Source: Azolla caroliniana (Eukaryota; Plantae; Polypodiophyta). From it: a stretch of DNA of 64,000 nt. Shown one piece after another: positions 23,701 through 38,006 of the stretch. Each line of letters opens with the position of its first letter. Within the stretch, counting starts at the first letter, position 1. The DNA lies in contig JBHGNT010000005.1 of the NCBI GenBank assembly GCA_043228905.1, positions 14,632,001 through 14,696,000 on the forward strand, in the 5' to 3' direction. The notes beneath the pieces were generated by a model. That model had not been told where the DNA came from and searched no databases. It was given only the letters and a program-made list of their open reading frames with translations. The position numbers and the translations under genes are program-made.

Positions 23701-26700
23701 TTGTAATTGACAACATCCTTTTTGCGTATTCTGCAAAAAGAAGGGTCATACAAAAGATCAATGTCGAAAGCTCCAACGGAAAGAGCATGACAACAAAGCT
23801 AAAGCTGCAGACCATAAAGGTCAGATTCCTAATGTCCTTTAGGTCTATACACATCATTTAAGTAATTGTCAATGTTCTTTCCCTCACTATGTATTGGGTT
23901 CCAATGATTTACTGCGTGCAAACGGGTATATCAATGGATCCCCCGTACAATTTTTGTTTGATTCTGGAAGCGCACACAACTTTGTGAATGATCGTTTGGT
24001 TCAGATATGGGGAATCCAACCCACCGTAAGTGATCACACCTACACGGTGCACTTGGCTGATGGAAGAGTACAATACATCAACGGGGCAATTCATTCATTA
24101 GGAATTTCTATTGACACTTATATAGAGGAAGTAGACTTCCATGTAATGAATCTTTGTACCACTGATGTAATACTAGGTTATCCCTGCTTTTATAATAAAA
24201 ACTCTTCTTTATCTATCGATTGGGTTCATCATTCCATTTCCTTTGTACTGAATGATTGTACTCATTTTATTCAATGTGTAAAAAAACAATCCCTCTCAAT
24301 TGTTTCCTCGTGTCCATCAATATCCGAGTTGTCTTGTTCTACTCTATTCTATTGTGTACTTGATCCGGACATTCACGTTTACAATATTGATAATGTCTCA
24401 GTTCAATTAACACATTTTGAACAACTTGATGAAATCTTAAATGATTTTCATGATGTTTTTCCGAGTGAACTACCAAATGGTTTACCTCCTAAACGTAATA
24501 TAGACCATCGTATAGATATTGTACCTGGCGTTGCACCAATAAGTATACCTCCTTATCGCTTAAGTCGATCCGAAGAGGATGAGGTAGCTAAGCAACTCGA
24601 CTATTTACGAATGGGTTATATACGTTATAGTAAATCTCCATGGGGTGCACCAGTTCTCTTGGTTAAAAAGAAAGAGGGCACATGGCGTATGTGTATTAAT
24701 TACCGACACTTGAATAAAGTGACGATCAAGATTTCGTATCCATTGCCTCGGGCTGACGATCTAATTGACCGTCTCCAGGGAGCTCGATATTTTACGAAAC
24801 TTGATCTCCATACTGGCTACCATCAAATACGTATAAGTGAGGACAATGTTCCTAAAACAGCATTTCGTACGCACTATGGCCATTATGAGTTTTTGGTTAT
24901 GCCTTTTGGTTTGACCAATGCTCCGGCTACATTTCAACAAGAAATGAATGACATTTTCCGAGAACAACTTGGAAAATTTGTCGTTATTTTCTTGGATGAT
25001 ATTTTAGTTTATAGTCGTACATTACAAGAACATGCTAAACATGTCCGCTTTGTTTTACAAACATTGCGTGACAAACAGTTTTACGCGAAGATCTCAAAAT
25101 GTGAGTTCTTCAAGAAATCAATTACTTATCTTGGACATCTCATAACCGAACGAGGAGTTGAAATTGATCCTTCTCGCATCGAGAAAATCAAGCTTTGGCC
25201 CACTCTTCGGAACATTCGAGAAGTTCGATCATTCCTTGGTTTTGTCGGGTTTTTGCGAAAATCCCTTCGTAATTACTCCCAATTGATGTCGCCGTTTACT
25301 GATCTTCTAAAAGGGCAAACGTGTAAGTCTACGAAACCTATTGTGTGGAATGCTACACTAGACCTCGCCTTTAAGGAACTCAAGGACCTGGTATGCAAGG
25401 CTCTTTCACTTCTTTTACCCAATCCTTCAAAACCTTTTGAGGTTGAAACCGATGCAAGCGATTATGCTATAGGTGCTATCTTATATCAAAATGGTAAACC
25501 AATAGCATTCGAGTGTAAGAAACTTGATTCTGCTCAATGTCAGTATACCGTTCAAGAAAAGGAATTATTTGCAGTTATACATGCGCTCAAAACATGGCAC
25601 CATTATCTATATGGAAATCGCTTTGAGGTAACTATGGACCACGAGTCCTTGAAATATTTTTGTGACCAACAAGACTTGAAAGGTCGTAAGGCACGATGGG
25701 CTGATCTCATCCAGGACTTGATTTTTCCATACGATATCGTAAAGGTTCCATGAACATTGTCGTTGATGCACTAAGTGGCATCCGTGAAGTTAACACGCTT
25801 AGCTTCACTGAAATATCATCAGATCTTTATGATCACCTTTGAGGAAAGTATCCTGAAGACAGTTATTTCGCAAAATATTGGGCAAGAGTTGAGTCTGGAA
25901 CAGACACCACCACATCCTCGAAGGAATACTTCCACATTGTTAACGGTCTGCTCTACTGTAATGGGAAGGTTTGTGTTCCAGATTTACCCGAGGTCAAAAA
26001 GAGGATTCTTTTTTAATGCCATGATGCACCCTCAGCAAGGCACCCTAGAATACATCGTACACTCGTTCTCATCTCCACTCAATTTTATTGGCCTAAGATG
26101 CGTCCTGACATACATAGCTATGTGACTAAATGTCACCAATGACAGGTTAACAAAGCCGAGCGACTTAAAGCCGCAGGACTTTTACATCCCTTGGACATTC
26201 CCAATAATAAGTGGGAAAGTATATCCATGGATTTTATTGTTAGCCTTCCTCGCACCCAAAAAAGTTCATGATGCCATCTGGGTTGTGGTTGATCGACTAA
26301 CTAAAATGGCCAGATTTATTGCTACTAAAACCACGATAACAGCTCCTGAATTGGCCTACCAATTCGTTGATGAATTGTTTCGTTTTTATGGGTTACCGAT
26401 GGATATTGTGAGTGATCGAGATCCAAAATTTACTAGTGACTTCTAGACGCAAGTCTTTAAGAAGTTAGAAACTACGTTGAGCATGAGCTCCACGGATCAT
26501 CCTCAATCCGATGGACAAACAGAATGAGTAAATCAAATTATTGAGGACACGCTTCGAACATATGTTGGTATAAAACCAACAAAATGGGAACGTTATCTCC
26601 CAATTTTGGAGTTTTCTTATAACAGCTCCAAGCATGCGTCGACGGGATATAGTCCTTTTATGTTGATGTATGGTTTTCAGCCACGAGCCCCGATTGATGT

Positions 26701-27760
26701 TAATATACATCATGATGAGTTGCGAAGTATGCAAAACTTTCTTCAGGATATGCAAGATTTGTTGCATATTGCACGAGATAATATAAAAACAGCTCAAGAT
26801 AGAGCGCGTTTTTATGCCGACCATCATAGGCAACCTCGTGTATTCAACCCTAGACAGAAGGTATTTTTACGTGTACCTCACAATTCTAAGACATTGTCTA
26901 CGGGTAAGTGCGCTAAGTTAGCCTCACGGTTTTGTGGACCTTTTAAAGTCCTCAAACGCATTTGGTCATCAGCCTATCGTCTCGCTCTTCCCGATGGTGT
27001 TAGAATTCATCCAATCTTTCATGTGAGTCGTCTTAAAGAACTTCTAGGTTCTGGCGACAATATAGTTACAACTGTTACAACTGAAACTCTGGTTACTTCT
27101 GACGATGTATCTTCTAAACCACATGTACCAAAAAGAATTCTTGATGTTAAAACAAAAAAATTACGTACTAAAGAAATCCGATAATTTTAAATAAAATGGA
27201 TGGATAAATCAATAAAAGATGCCACATGGGAACGCGAAAATACTCTCAGAACTAACTTCCCTAACTTTCCATTGCAAGAGTCCAATGTTTTAAAGAGGCG
27301 GAGTATGTTACGGGCATGACCATATAATATCCCGTGGTGAGAATTTACCGTAGTATTCTATACACGTGGATAAGTGTGAGGGTTAAACGAGAGTGTAAAG
27401 AAGGGGAGGATTACTTTTAAATCCTCGGGATTGAGACAACCCATTAGGCCAAGTGTGAACATGGCTGGGGGCCTTGGGTATCGCTATAAATAGAGGCCTA
27501 GCTACCCTCATTTGATTATCTTGTTGACTACGTCGAGACTCTGTCTTGTGGTGGGTCAACTCTTGTAGCGAGCGCGCTAGCACCAGGTACGACTCGACAC
27601 CACGGTGGTGGTATGGGACGCCGATCGAGGCTCGAGTCCGTCTTGATCCCTTCGCTTGGGGGTTGTCGGGTGGATCAACACCTTCTTTCTCTCTCTCATT
27701 TCTTTCTATCTACCTAGATCCCTCCTTATCTAATGCTTACTTTAGTACATGTCTCTAATA
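20753..27760 (+). mobile_element. Ty3/gypsy chromovirus G2 (inactivated) inserted in B
   Basis: LTRs 20753..21208 and 27306..27760; degenerate PBS-Met (AGGTATCCGAGC); PPT AAGAGGCGGAG; near-TSD CCATG/ACATG. Confidence 0.9.
22908..27290 (+). pseudogene. gag-pol of G2: gag, PR, RT, RNase H, INT, chromodomain
   Basis: [10 protein letters not shown] (PR), [11 protein letters not shown] (RT), [10 protein letters not shown] (RH), VSDRDPKFTS (INT), FCGPF, and KWMDKSIKDATWE (chromodomain, ~27120-27260); several stops and frameshifts. Confidence 0.9.
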
Positions 27761-29327
27761 ACATGCCTTTCACGAATCTCGGCGAAGGTTTACATTTCTA
27801 TCTATGGGCTTACAATTTGCCATCCCGAACTTAAAGAGCATATTCAGCGCGTAGTGACGCTAGCTGATCAATATGCTTCCGGGGTGCGGATCACTTCGAT
27901 CCCGAGAAAGTAATGAAGGTCACCAAGATCCTTCATTTCGAACGATGCCGCAAGCTGAGACTTTACGTGGCCGATTTCTTCCCGGTCGGCACCGACGATG
28001 ACTAAATCATCAACATAAAGTAAAAGACAAACCGTTCCATGTCGACCTTGCCAAACGAACAACGAAGAAGCCGATCTAGACGTCGTAAACCCCATTCTAC
28101 GCAATAGTTGAGTAATCTTTGCGTTCCAAGCTCGTGGGGCTTTTTTAAGTCCTTATAACAACTCCTTCAATCAGCAGACTGTCGAAGTGTTCTGTTCGGA
28201 TAGAAATCCGGGGGGTTGTACCATGTACACCTATTCCTCAAGATCGCCTTGCAAGAATACATTTTTTACATCCATCTAATGTAAGTGCCACCCTTTCACC
28301 ACTGTTACGGCTAGCAGAACGCGTACCGTGGTCATCTTCGTGACCGGCGCGAACGTCTCGTCGTAATCTACGTCGTGCTTCTGCGCATAGCCTTTCGCAA
28401 CCAAGCATGCCTTATATCGGTTGACCGAGACATCGGTGTTGTATTTCACCTTAAACACCCATCTGCATCCGATCAGCTTTACACCTTTAGGTGCGTCAAC
28501 CAGGTCCCAAGTCTCGTTGTCCATTAAAGAGCGCATCTCTTCCTCCATCACGGCACGCCAATTCGCGTCTTTCGCCGCTTCTGCGTAGCTCTCCGGCTCA
28601 CACACTTCTGCCACTTGTGTCATGTACGCGTAATGGTGCGCCATATATTCATTGTACCCGTATCTTTTTACGGGGTTCTTCAGGCAGGTAAATCGGCATA
28701 ATTCGTGATTACCCGATTCCACGACCTTTCCGGCTGATTTCAACCTCTTCCGCAGAGGTTCCTTCTCGATTGGCCCGAAGTCAAATTCGCTCTGATCTAA
28801 CTCGGCACTACTGAAATCGTATTCCGGCATTTTCTTCTTCACTTAGGCGAACTGAGATTGGACTCTCTGTTAGAGGTCTGATTTCCTCATCACGCGGAGG
28901 CAACTCGGCCTCGTTGACTTCTTCTTCAGAATTCGGAATGGAGTCATGAGGTATTGGAGGTGAAGGCAAGTACCACGAAGCAGACTCGTCGAACACGACA
29001 TCTCGGCTTACGCGATCTTCCTTTGTTCGAGGGTTATAGCACTTAAACCCCTTCTGCTCGTCTGAATAGCCGACCAAGATACACTTCTCGGCTTTGCCAT
29101 CCAGCTTCCTCATCTTCTCCATCGGCACATGCACATACACAATGTTGGCGAAAATCCTCAAGTGTGCCAGGTTCGGCTTCTTCCTGTAATACAACTCATG
29201 TGGCGACACTCCTCCATTAGCAAAAGTCTGATTCTGCAAGTAAACAACCATCCTTCTGGCTTCAGCCCAATAAAACTTCAGCATATGCTTCTCTTTCAAG
29301 CATTGCCCTAGCAGCTTCTTTGATCGT

Positions 29328-32300
29328 TGTTGAGAGAAAAGCTCAACATCGGCCGAATCGGCTAAAGAAGCAGAGGACCGGATCGGTTGGGACCGATCGG
29401 TTAGGCCGAATGCGTAAACCGGTACGCAAACCGGTGCGTAGGTAGGACCGGATCGGTGCGTAAACCGGGAGGCCGTTAGGAAAGATATTCCGTGAGGAAT
29501 ATATTTGGGAGTTAGTGTAGGAGCTCTTAATGAGCATTGAAGTATTGTCAGTACTTCGGTCAGTCCTTCTAGGACTTGTATAAAAGTGTTCATTGAACAC
29601 ACATATGTATAGAGTGTGGTGAATAGAGATTGAGTACTTTTGTTGAATATAGTTCTTGTGTTTTTCTCTCTCTCACTCTCTCCGTCTCTCCCGCGTATAC
29701 TGCGTAAGCTCAAGCTCTCCATTAAACCTGAGTTTTCTTCCTTCTGTTCAGTCTTTATACTTGCTTCCGCACGCTACTTTTTACATGGTATCAGAGCGCG
29801 AGGGTTGAGAACCTCTCTACAGCCGACACAGCTTGACGAAGAAGAACAAGAAGAACAATGGATAGAGGCATGGCGAGCTCGCTTCCAACAGAGAAGCTCG
29901 ACAGAACCAACTACGCGTCTTGGTCCTACAAGATGCACCAGTACCTGCTCGGGCACGGCTACTAGAGTTATGTCGAAGGAGCTAATGACGCGGCACCCGA
30001 ATCGACACACAAAGACTTCCCGTCGTGGGAGCAATCGGCGAGCACGGTATTATACTGCTTCGCGTCGTGTGTGGGCGAACAGCTATTGAGCTATGTTAGG
30101 GATGCAAAGACGTCGAAGGGTGCGTGGGAAAATTTGAAGAAGATTTTCGCCGCGAGCACAACAGCCAGGAAGCTTCAGCTCCGACAGGAGTTGAGCAACC
30201 TACGACAACGCGACTTGTTGGTGGCGGACTATACCTCGAAGATCAAGGATATCTGCGACTCCCTCACCTCCATAGAGGTGAACATCGAGGAGAGCGAGAT
30301 GGTCCAGATCTGTCTCGGAGGTTTGGCGTCGAAGTTCGGAGCGTTCCGAACGGCTGTGTGTACCCGAGAGAATATGCCGTCCTTTTTCGACTTACAGTCA
30401 ATGCTCCTGGTAGAGGAGAACCACACGGGTGCATCAACAAGCACGCACACCAATAGCAGAATGTTGTACACGGAGGGAGATAGGCCCCGTGGACGTGGAG
30501 GACGAGGCGAGTCGGCATGCAATGGAGGCGGCCGACAAGATCAAGGAAGAAGGCACTGCAGTAATGCCGACAGCAACTCCGGACCCTCCGGAAACAAGGG
30601 GAGTCGAAGCGATGAGAACCGGCAAGGGAAGGCCATCGCGGAGTGCTGGTACTGTGGCAAGAAAGGCCACAGGGAAAGCGAGTGCTGGAAGAAGCGTGCT
30701 GATTCGGAGAGAACCGGTTCCGGAAACGGCTCCGGACATACCAACAAGGGAAATCGGCAGCAATCGCACTACGCCGAAGACTCCGAGAGAGCCGGAGAAG
30801 GGTCTGCCTTCGTGACGCGACATGAAGCAAACTCAATAAAACAGACCACCCTGAGATCAGACGAGGTGTGGTACATAGACTCCGGCGCGTCAAACCACAT
30901 GACGAGCCATAAGGAGTGGTTCTCGTACCTTGAAAAACTGATACAACCTGGAGTAGTCGATACTAGAGACGACACTCCGCATCCGATCGCGAATGTCGGA
31001 GAAGTTTCCCTTAGCCATGTCGGGCAGAAAGGGAAACTCATGAACGTGATGTACGTTCCGACAATCACGAAGAACTTGGTCTCAGTCGGACAGATCGTCG
31101 ACCAAGGGATGGAGGTTCCGTTTACGCACCTCGGGTGCTTCATTGAGGAAGAAGGCCGAGTGATTGCGCAAGGGCGCAGAGACGGGAGGATGTTCATCCT
31201 CGACTCCACTGACGGCGACACCGTAATGTTCGCGAATGGACAAAAATCCGAGTCGGACATCGACTTGTGGCACAAGCGGATAGGCCACGTCAACTACCAG
31301 TGGCTTCAAGATCTGCAATCGACACAAGTAGTGTTCGGATTGCCCAAATTTAGTGGCCGAAAGGCACAAATTTGTGAAGCCTGCCAGCTCGGGAAGCAAC
31401 ACCGACTTCCTTTCCCCAACGAGCAAAACCGGAGCCGGAAGAAGCTCGACCTTATACACTCCGATGTATGGGGGCCGACACAAAACGTTAGTCTTGGCAG
31501 GAGCCGATATTTCGTCTCCTTCATCGACGACCACACACGACACACGTGCATCTACCTCATTGAGAGGAAGAGCGAAGTCTTCGACTGTTTCCGGGACCTC
31601 AAAGGGTTCGTGGAAACGGAAACGGGACGAAAGATCAAGTGCCTGCGGTCGGATGGCGAGAAAGAGTACCTTTCTGGTCAATTCAACGGTTATCTACAAC
31701 AAATGGGAATTCAGCGCGAATTCAGTTGTAGATACACGCCGGAGCAGAACGGCGCGGCCGAGAGGAAGAATCGGTCAGTTGTGGAAGCGGCACGGGCAAT
31801 GCTGGAGGAGAAGAGCTTGCCCAAGTTCTACTGGGCCGAGGCGGTAAGGACCGCGGTATACATCCAGAACCGGTTCGGAGACAAAGTTTCGGCGCACGAG
31901 CTATATTTCGGAACGAAGCCGAACTTGCAACACTTGAGGGTGTTCGGTAGCATTGCGTATGTGCATGTACCGAAGGAGAAAAGGAGGAAGCTGGACGCAA
32001 AGGCCGAGAAATGCATCTTGGTCGGTTACTCGAACGAGCAGAAGGGTTATAAGTGCTATAACCCTCGCACCAAACAAGCACGTGTTAGCCGCGACGTTGT
32101 GTTTGACGAGTCCGCGTCCTGGTACTAGCCCCTGACTCCGAACCCCGACTCCAATCCGAGCTCTGACGATGACGTCAGCGAGGCCGAGATGCCTCCGGAT
32201 GAGCCTGAAATCGAGACCCGCGAAGAGAGTCCGATTTCACTCCGTTTAAGTGGACCGATTGGACGACTGAGTCGGTACGATCAGTCTGATGAAGAGCCGG

Positions 32301-35114
32301 CGAGTAGTGGAGACTCGGCCGTGCATTCCCCGTGCAGGAAGCCGAGGAGACGGCTTACGCGCAAAGAGAAAGGGAAGAAGGTGTCAGATTCCGGCACGGA
32401 TAGGAACGAGTCAGTCCGACGCAAGTCCGACTCCAAAGGAACCGGTGACGGGTCTTTAAAGGAGAAGTCCGCGTCGACCGAGAAGGCCTCGACATCGGCT
32501 AATGTGAGATTACGCCGATCTACCCGCCAAAAGAATCATGTTTTGCGGTTCGGATATAACGAGTACATGGCGCATCATTATGCGTACATGACCCATGTAG
32601 CGGAAGTGCGTGAGCCGGAGAGCTACGCAGAAGCGGCTAAAGACGCGAATTGGCGTGCCGCAATGGAGGAAGAGATGCACGCATTGGTGGAGAACGAGAC
32701 CTGGTACCTGGTTGACGCACCAAGGGGGGTAAAACCGATCGGGTGTAGGTGGGTGTACAAGGTCAAGTACAACACCGATGGCTCAGTCAACCGGTACAAG
32801 GCTCGGCAAGTGGCAAAGGGCTACGCGCAGAAACACGGCATCAACTACGATGAGACGTTTGCGCCGGTCGCGAAAATGATGACCATCTGTGTTTTGCTCG
32901 CAGTAGCTGTGGTGAAGGGGTGGCACTTACATCAGATGAATGTAAAGAATGCGTTCCTGCAAGGTGACCTTGAGGAACAGGTGTACATGGTATAGCCCCC
33001 CGGTTTTCACTCTGGAACGAACTCCTCGGCAATATGCGAACTGAAGAAGTCCCTTTACGGACTGAAGCAAGCCCCGCGTGCCTGGAACGCGAAGATCACG
33101 CAACAACTGCGTCGGATGGGCTTCGTCACGTCAAAATTGGACTCTTCCCTGTTCATCCGGAAAGGTCGACTCGGACCGGTTAGTATTTTACTATATGTTG
33201 ATGACTTGGTCATCACCGGCGCCGACCTAAGTGAAATCAACCGCGTGAAGCTCCAGCTTGCGGCATTGTTCGACATGAAGGATCTAGGGGACCTTCATTA
33301 CTTCCTCGGGATCGAAGTGATCCGTACCCCCCAAGGCATATTGATCAGCCAACGTCATTACATGCTGAGTATGCTCTTCAAATTCGGGATGGCCGACTGT
33401 AAGACCGTCTCGACTCCTCTGGACAGAACCGTCAAGCTTCGTCCCAATACGGGAACAGTATGCGACCCGACGAGGTTCCGACAAATTGTCGGAAGCCTCA
33501 TATACTTGACCATCATCCAGTTATCCGGTCGGTGTGATCAGTCAGTTCATGGTGCGACCTACCGAGGAGCACCTCCAGTGTGCGCAACGCATACTTCGGT
33601 ATGTCAATGGCACTAAGGATCGGGGACATCTATATCGGACCGGTGCAGCCGCGCAGTTAGTCGGCTACACCGATGCTGATTGGGTTGGCAACGCCGCCGA
33701 TTGCCGATCCACGTCCGGATACACGTTCTCCCTCGGGAGTGCCGCGATCGCGTGGAGCATTAAGAAGCAACCGACAGTTGCACTGTCAAGCACCGAAGCT
33801 GAGTACCGTGGAGCGGCTGTCGCGACATGCGAAGCCATATGGTTGAAGCGGTTACTTAGGGACCTGCAAGAGGAGGTGTCAGATTCGACGACGATCTACT
33901 GCGACAACCTTAGCAGCATCCAGCTCACGAAAAACCCCGTTTTCCATGCACGGACCAGGCACATTGAGGTGCACTACCATTTCGTCCGTGAGCGTGTCCT
34001 TTCCAGTGAAGTCGAACTTCAGTACGTTCCGACGGACTGGCAGACTGCCGACATCTTCACCAAGCCTCTTGGTTTGGACAAGTTGCGGCAATTCTCAGGT
34101 GCGCTCGGATTGCGTTACCTCGACGTGCCAAACTTGAGGGGGAGAACAGTCCCGAACGACAAAGCAAGGCAGCAGGAAAGGAGTGGAGACCGCGACACCG
34201 AGTCAGTTGACTCGGTTGTCAAGTTCGACTTCAGATCGGCTGAAGAAGCTGAGGGCGGACCCGTGGAAAAGTCCGGAAGCGGACAAAAGGGGAGCAGCCG
34301 AAGGAGAGAGCTGAAGCCAATCACGCATGGGGAAGATGACGCCATCGAGGGCGAGAAGACCGAAGACAAGTTGGAGACAGCCAACTCGGACGAGAGCGAA
34401 AACCGATCGGAGGTAGCCGAGTCGGTTCGGATGTTTGATTCAGATACGTTGAATCAAATAAGGCCCAAGCGGAAGAAAAGGCAGCAGGAGAAGCGTCAAC
34501 ACCGCAACAGCAGAAGACCTGATAAGGGCCAGATGAGCAGACAAGCCGACCGGAAGGGTCGAAGCACGCGGAGTCGAACAGGTCGTGGAGCGCGAGCGAG
34601 GCGTGAAGCCAAGAGGAACCGGAGCTGTGAGCCCGAAGATCCCGAAGAGCCTCAAGTTGAGCTTGAGGGGGAGTGTTGAGAGACAAGCTCAACATCGGCC
34701 GGATCGGCTGAAGAAGCCGAGGACCGGATCGGTTGGGACCGATCGGTTAGGCTGAATGTGTAAACCAATACGCAGACCGGTGCGTAGGTAGGGCCAGATC
34801 GGTGCATAAACCAGGAGGCCGTGAGGAATATATTTGGGAGTTAGTGTAGGAGCTCTTAATGAGCATTGAAGTACTGTCAGTACTTCGGTCAGTCCTTCTA
34901 GGACTTGTATAAAAGTGTTCATTGAACACACATATGTATAGAGTGTGGTGAATAGAGATTGAGTACTTTTGTTGAATATAGTTCTTGTGTTTTTCTCTCT
35001 CTCACTCTCTCCGTCTCTCCCGCGTATACTGCGTAAGCTCAAGCTCTCCATTAAACCTGAGTTTTCTTCCTTCTGTTCGGTCTTTATACTGGCTTCCGCA
35101 CGCTACTTTTTACA
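29328..35114 (+). mobile_element. Full-length Copia element A2, TSD ATCGT, inserted in B integrase
   Basis: LTRs 29328..29785 and 34674..35114; PBS-Met 29786-29797; PPT; ATCGT at 29323-29327 and 35115-35119. Confidence 0.95.
29870..34679 (+). pseudogene. gag-pol of A2 (three premature stops, one frameshift) with a C-terminal tail
   Basis: ORFs 30071..32128, 32189..32995, 33116..33616 and 33534..34679 tile all Copia domains. Confidence 0.92.
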
Positions 35115-36379
35115 ATCGTTCGATTCTTCCGTTCAGCCATGCCGTTCTGCTGCGGCATGTATCTACAAGAGAATTCACGTCGAATCCTTTCCTTTTGTAG
35201 ATAACTTGTGAACTAGTCGGAGAAGTACTTCTTCCCACCATCGAACCGTAGGCACTTGATCTTACGCCCAGTTTCCCTTTCTGCAAGGCTCTTCACCTTC
35301 AGGAGCCACACGAAGACTTTGCTCTTTTTCGCGATCAAGCACGCCCAGGTGTGATGAGTGAAGGCATCGATGAAGGTTACGAAGTAACGGCTTCCACCGA
35401 GATTCACATTTTGTGTTGGTCCCCACACATCTGAATGGATTAAGTCGAGTGTATTTCGACTCCGATTACTCTCGTTTGGGAACGGAAGTCGGTGTTGCTT
35501 CCCTAGTTGGCAGGCTTCGTAGACTTGGCCATCCCAGCCACGAAATTTTGGCAAACCGAAAACAATGTTCTTCGTCTGCATTTCACGAAGCCATGGGAAG
35601 TTAACGTGGTCGAACCGCTTGTGCCATAGGTCGATATCCAATTCGACCTTATGTCCTTTCGTGAACAACGCAGTTCCGGCTTGGTTGGTGTCGAGAATGA
35701 ACATCCTCCCTTCACGGCGCCCTTGCGCAATGACTTCACCTTCCTCTTCGATGTAGCACCCGAGGTGCGTGAATCGAACTTGCATCCCCTGGTCGACGAT
35801 CTATCCGACCCTGGTTATTGTTCGGACGTGCAGCACATTCATGAGTTTTCCTTTCTACCCGACGTGGCTAAGGGGAACTTCGCCGACATGTTCGATGGTA
35901 TGCGGAGTGTCGTCTCCCGTTTCGACCACTCCTTGTTTTCCTAGTTTCTCCAAGTACGAGAACCATTCCTCATGAATCGTCATATGATTTGACACTCCGG
36001 AATCAACATACCACACCTCGCTCAGTTTCGAGGTGCTCACGGCCATCGAATTGGCCTTGTGCTTGATTATGAATGTTGGGCCCGATCCATTCAGAGCCTT
36101 CAGCGTAGTGCGATTTCTGACGTCTTCCTACGTCCGGCTTTGTCCGAATCAGCTCTTTTTTTCCAGCACTCGTTCTCCCTGTGGCCTTTCTTGCCACAGT
36201 AACAACAATCCATCACGACCTTCTCTTGTCAGCTTCCGACGCCACTATGACTCCCCCTACTTTTGGCATTTCGATTATGCCACACGTTTTGCTCCTTTCG
36301 GCCACCTCCATTGTGCGCCGATTTGCCTCGTCCGCCACGACCACGGGGCCTATCTTCGTCCTTGTACAGAATCTTGCTA

Positions 36380-36852
36380 TGTTAATCCTTAGTGCCGGAT
36401 CCTTAGGGCCGGACAACAGCCTAACATAGGGTGTCCAATTAAGACACTTCACCAAAGGGTGTTACGGTGAGATAACTTACGACACAACGCTTAATTGGAC
36501 CTTAATCGGTTACTTAGCAATACGTCATTAACACGCGTAAGATATACAATAAGCACAGAATGGTGAACAATACTCAATCATTAAACAAAAGGTTTGTATT
36601 ACTCTCCGTTGATGACTACATTGTAAGCGGGCCTTTATATAGGTCACCGGTGCGAAGTACAAAACGGTGCCAACCGGAACCGATTCGGGATCAGTCCAGA
36701 TCCGGATCGGCATACCGATTCCGGTCCATCCGTCCACATCTTCTCATATATTAATATATTAAGACTAGTAATTACAACAGATTCCCAAATAACAATTCCC
36801 CTTTTCACACCCTCGTCTTGGCGTCCTTAGCTCCTTTGTCGGTCGGGTAACA
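36380..36852 (-). mobile_element. Solo LTR related to the G1 LTRs, TSD TGCTA
   Basis: TG...CA ends; reverse complement shares CCGTAACACCCTTTGGTGAAGTGTC and GGACCGGAATCGGTATGCCG with G1; TGCTA at 36375-36379 and 36853-36857. Confidence 0.9.
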
Positions 36853-37558
36853 TGCTATATGCGTGCATACTCGTCGACGCACCCGCATGATTTTCCTCCA
36901 CGAGCAACATCGACTGAAGCTCGAAGAACAAGGGTGTATTCTCCCTTGTGCAAACTGCCGTTCGGAGTGCTCCGAACATTGACGCTAACCCTCCAAGAAA
37001 AACCTGCACCATTTCGTCCTCCTCGACTTTCACGTTGACGGAGGCGAGGGAATCGCAGATTTCGTTGATTCGAGTCGTGTGAAATCAACCAAAGACAGAT
37101 CTTTCTGTCGGACATTGTTGAGTTCCTACCTGAGCTGCAGCTTCCTGCCCGTTGTGCTAGCGGCAAAAATCCTCTTGAGATTCGCCAACGCGTCTTTTGG
37201 CGTATTAGCATCCCAAATGTAGCTCAAGAGCTAATCGCTCACACAGGATGCGAAGTAGTAAAGAACTCTGATTGCCACTTGTTCCTAATCCGAAAAATCT
37301 CTAGGTGTCGATTCGGGTGTTCTATCATTAGCTCCTTCGACATAACTCCAGTAACCATGACCAAGCAGGTATTGGTGCATCTTATACGATCAAGATGCGT
37401 AGTTTCTCCTATCGACCTTCTCAATCGGTAGCGAGCTTCCCATTCCTCTGTCCATATTGTTGTCTTATCCTTTTCGAAAAACAATAACATAATTCTGTCT
37501 TTATCGCAAGCATTTTTGTCGACTGCAGAGGAGTCTCAACCCTCGCGCTCTGATACCA

Positions 37559-37657
37559 TGTAAATGAATACGTGTGTGGAAGCATATGCGTAAGACATAG
37601 AGTACACAGTTCAGAAGTATGACAGTTCGGTAAAAACACAGAAATCACAGAGAAGGA

Positions 37658-37700
<43 letters not shown>

Positions 37701-38006
37701 CACAACGAAAACTATATTAAAAAATAAATCTCTTTATATTCTCTATGTGTGTACTTCATGCTCAGTGAGCACCTCTTATACAAGCTCTGACTATTGGGCT
37801 GACATAAGTACTGACAGTACTTGACTGCTCATAAATGAGCCTTATACCCTAACTCCCAAATTTATTCCTTACGAGGAATAACGTTCTAAAGGTCTCTCGG
37901 TTTATGCACCGCTACGGCCATGTTGTGCGTACCGTTTTACGTACCCAGTCTACGCACTAGGTTACGCACCCATTTACACACTCAATGTTGAGCTTGTATC
38001 TCAATA
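37559..38006 (-). repeat. 5' LTR of Copia B
   Basis: Matches 4135..4560; adjacent PBS-Met. Confidence 0.88.

Larger units (their letters stand above)
4135..38006 (-). mobile_element. Copia element B (A-related family), split by four direct insertions
   Basis: 3' LTR 4135..4560 with PPT at 4561-4575; 5' LTR 37559..38006 with PBS-Met (reverse of GCTCTGATACCA, ending 37558). Coding pieces on minus: gag ~36857-37450, PR/INT 35120-36375, INT/RT 27765-29325, RT/RNase H 19570-20750. No matching TSD (TGTCG vs GAGCG). Confidence 0.85.

Noticed and set aside
21201-27760. Both G2 LTRs end in TA rather than CA
   Set aside because: A near-normal 5-bp TSD is present and C-to-T decay is widespread, so a non-canonical end cannot be claimed.
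28808-29722. 304-aa ORF as a new gene
   Set aside because: Chance fusion of the antisense A2 LTR with B integrase.
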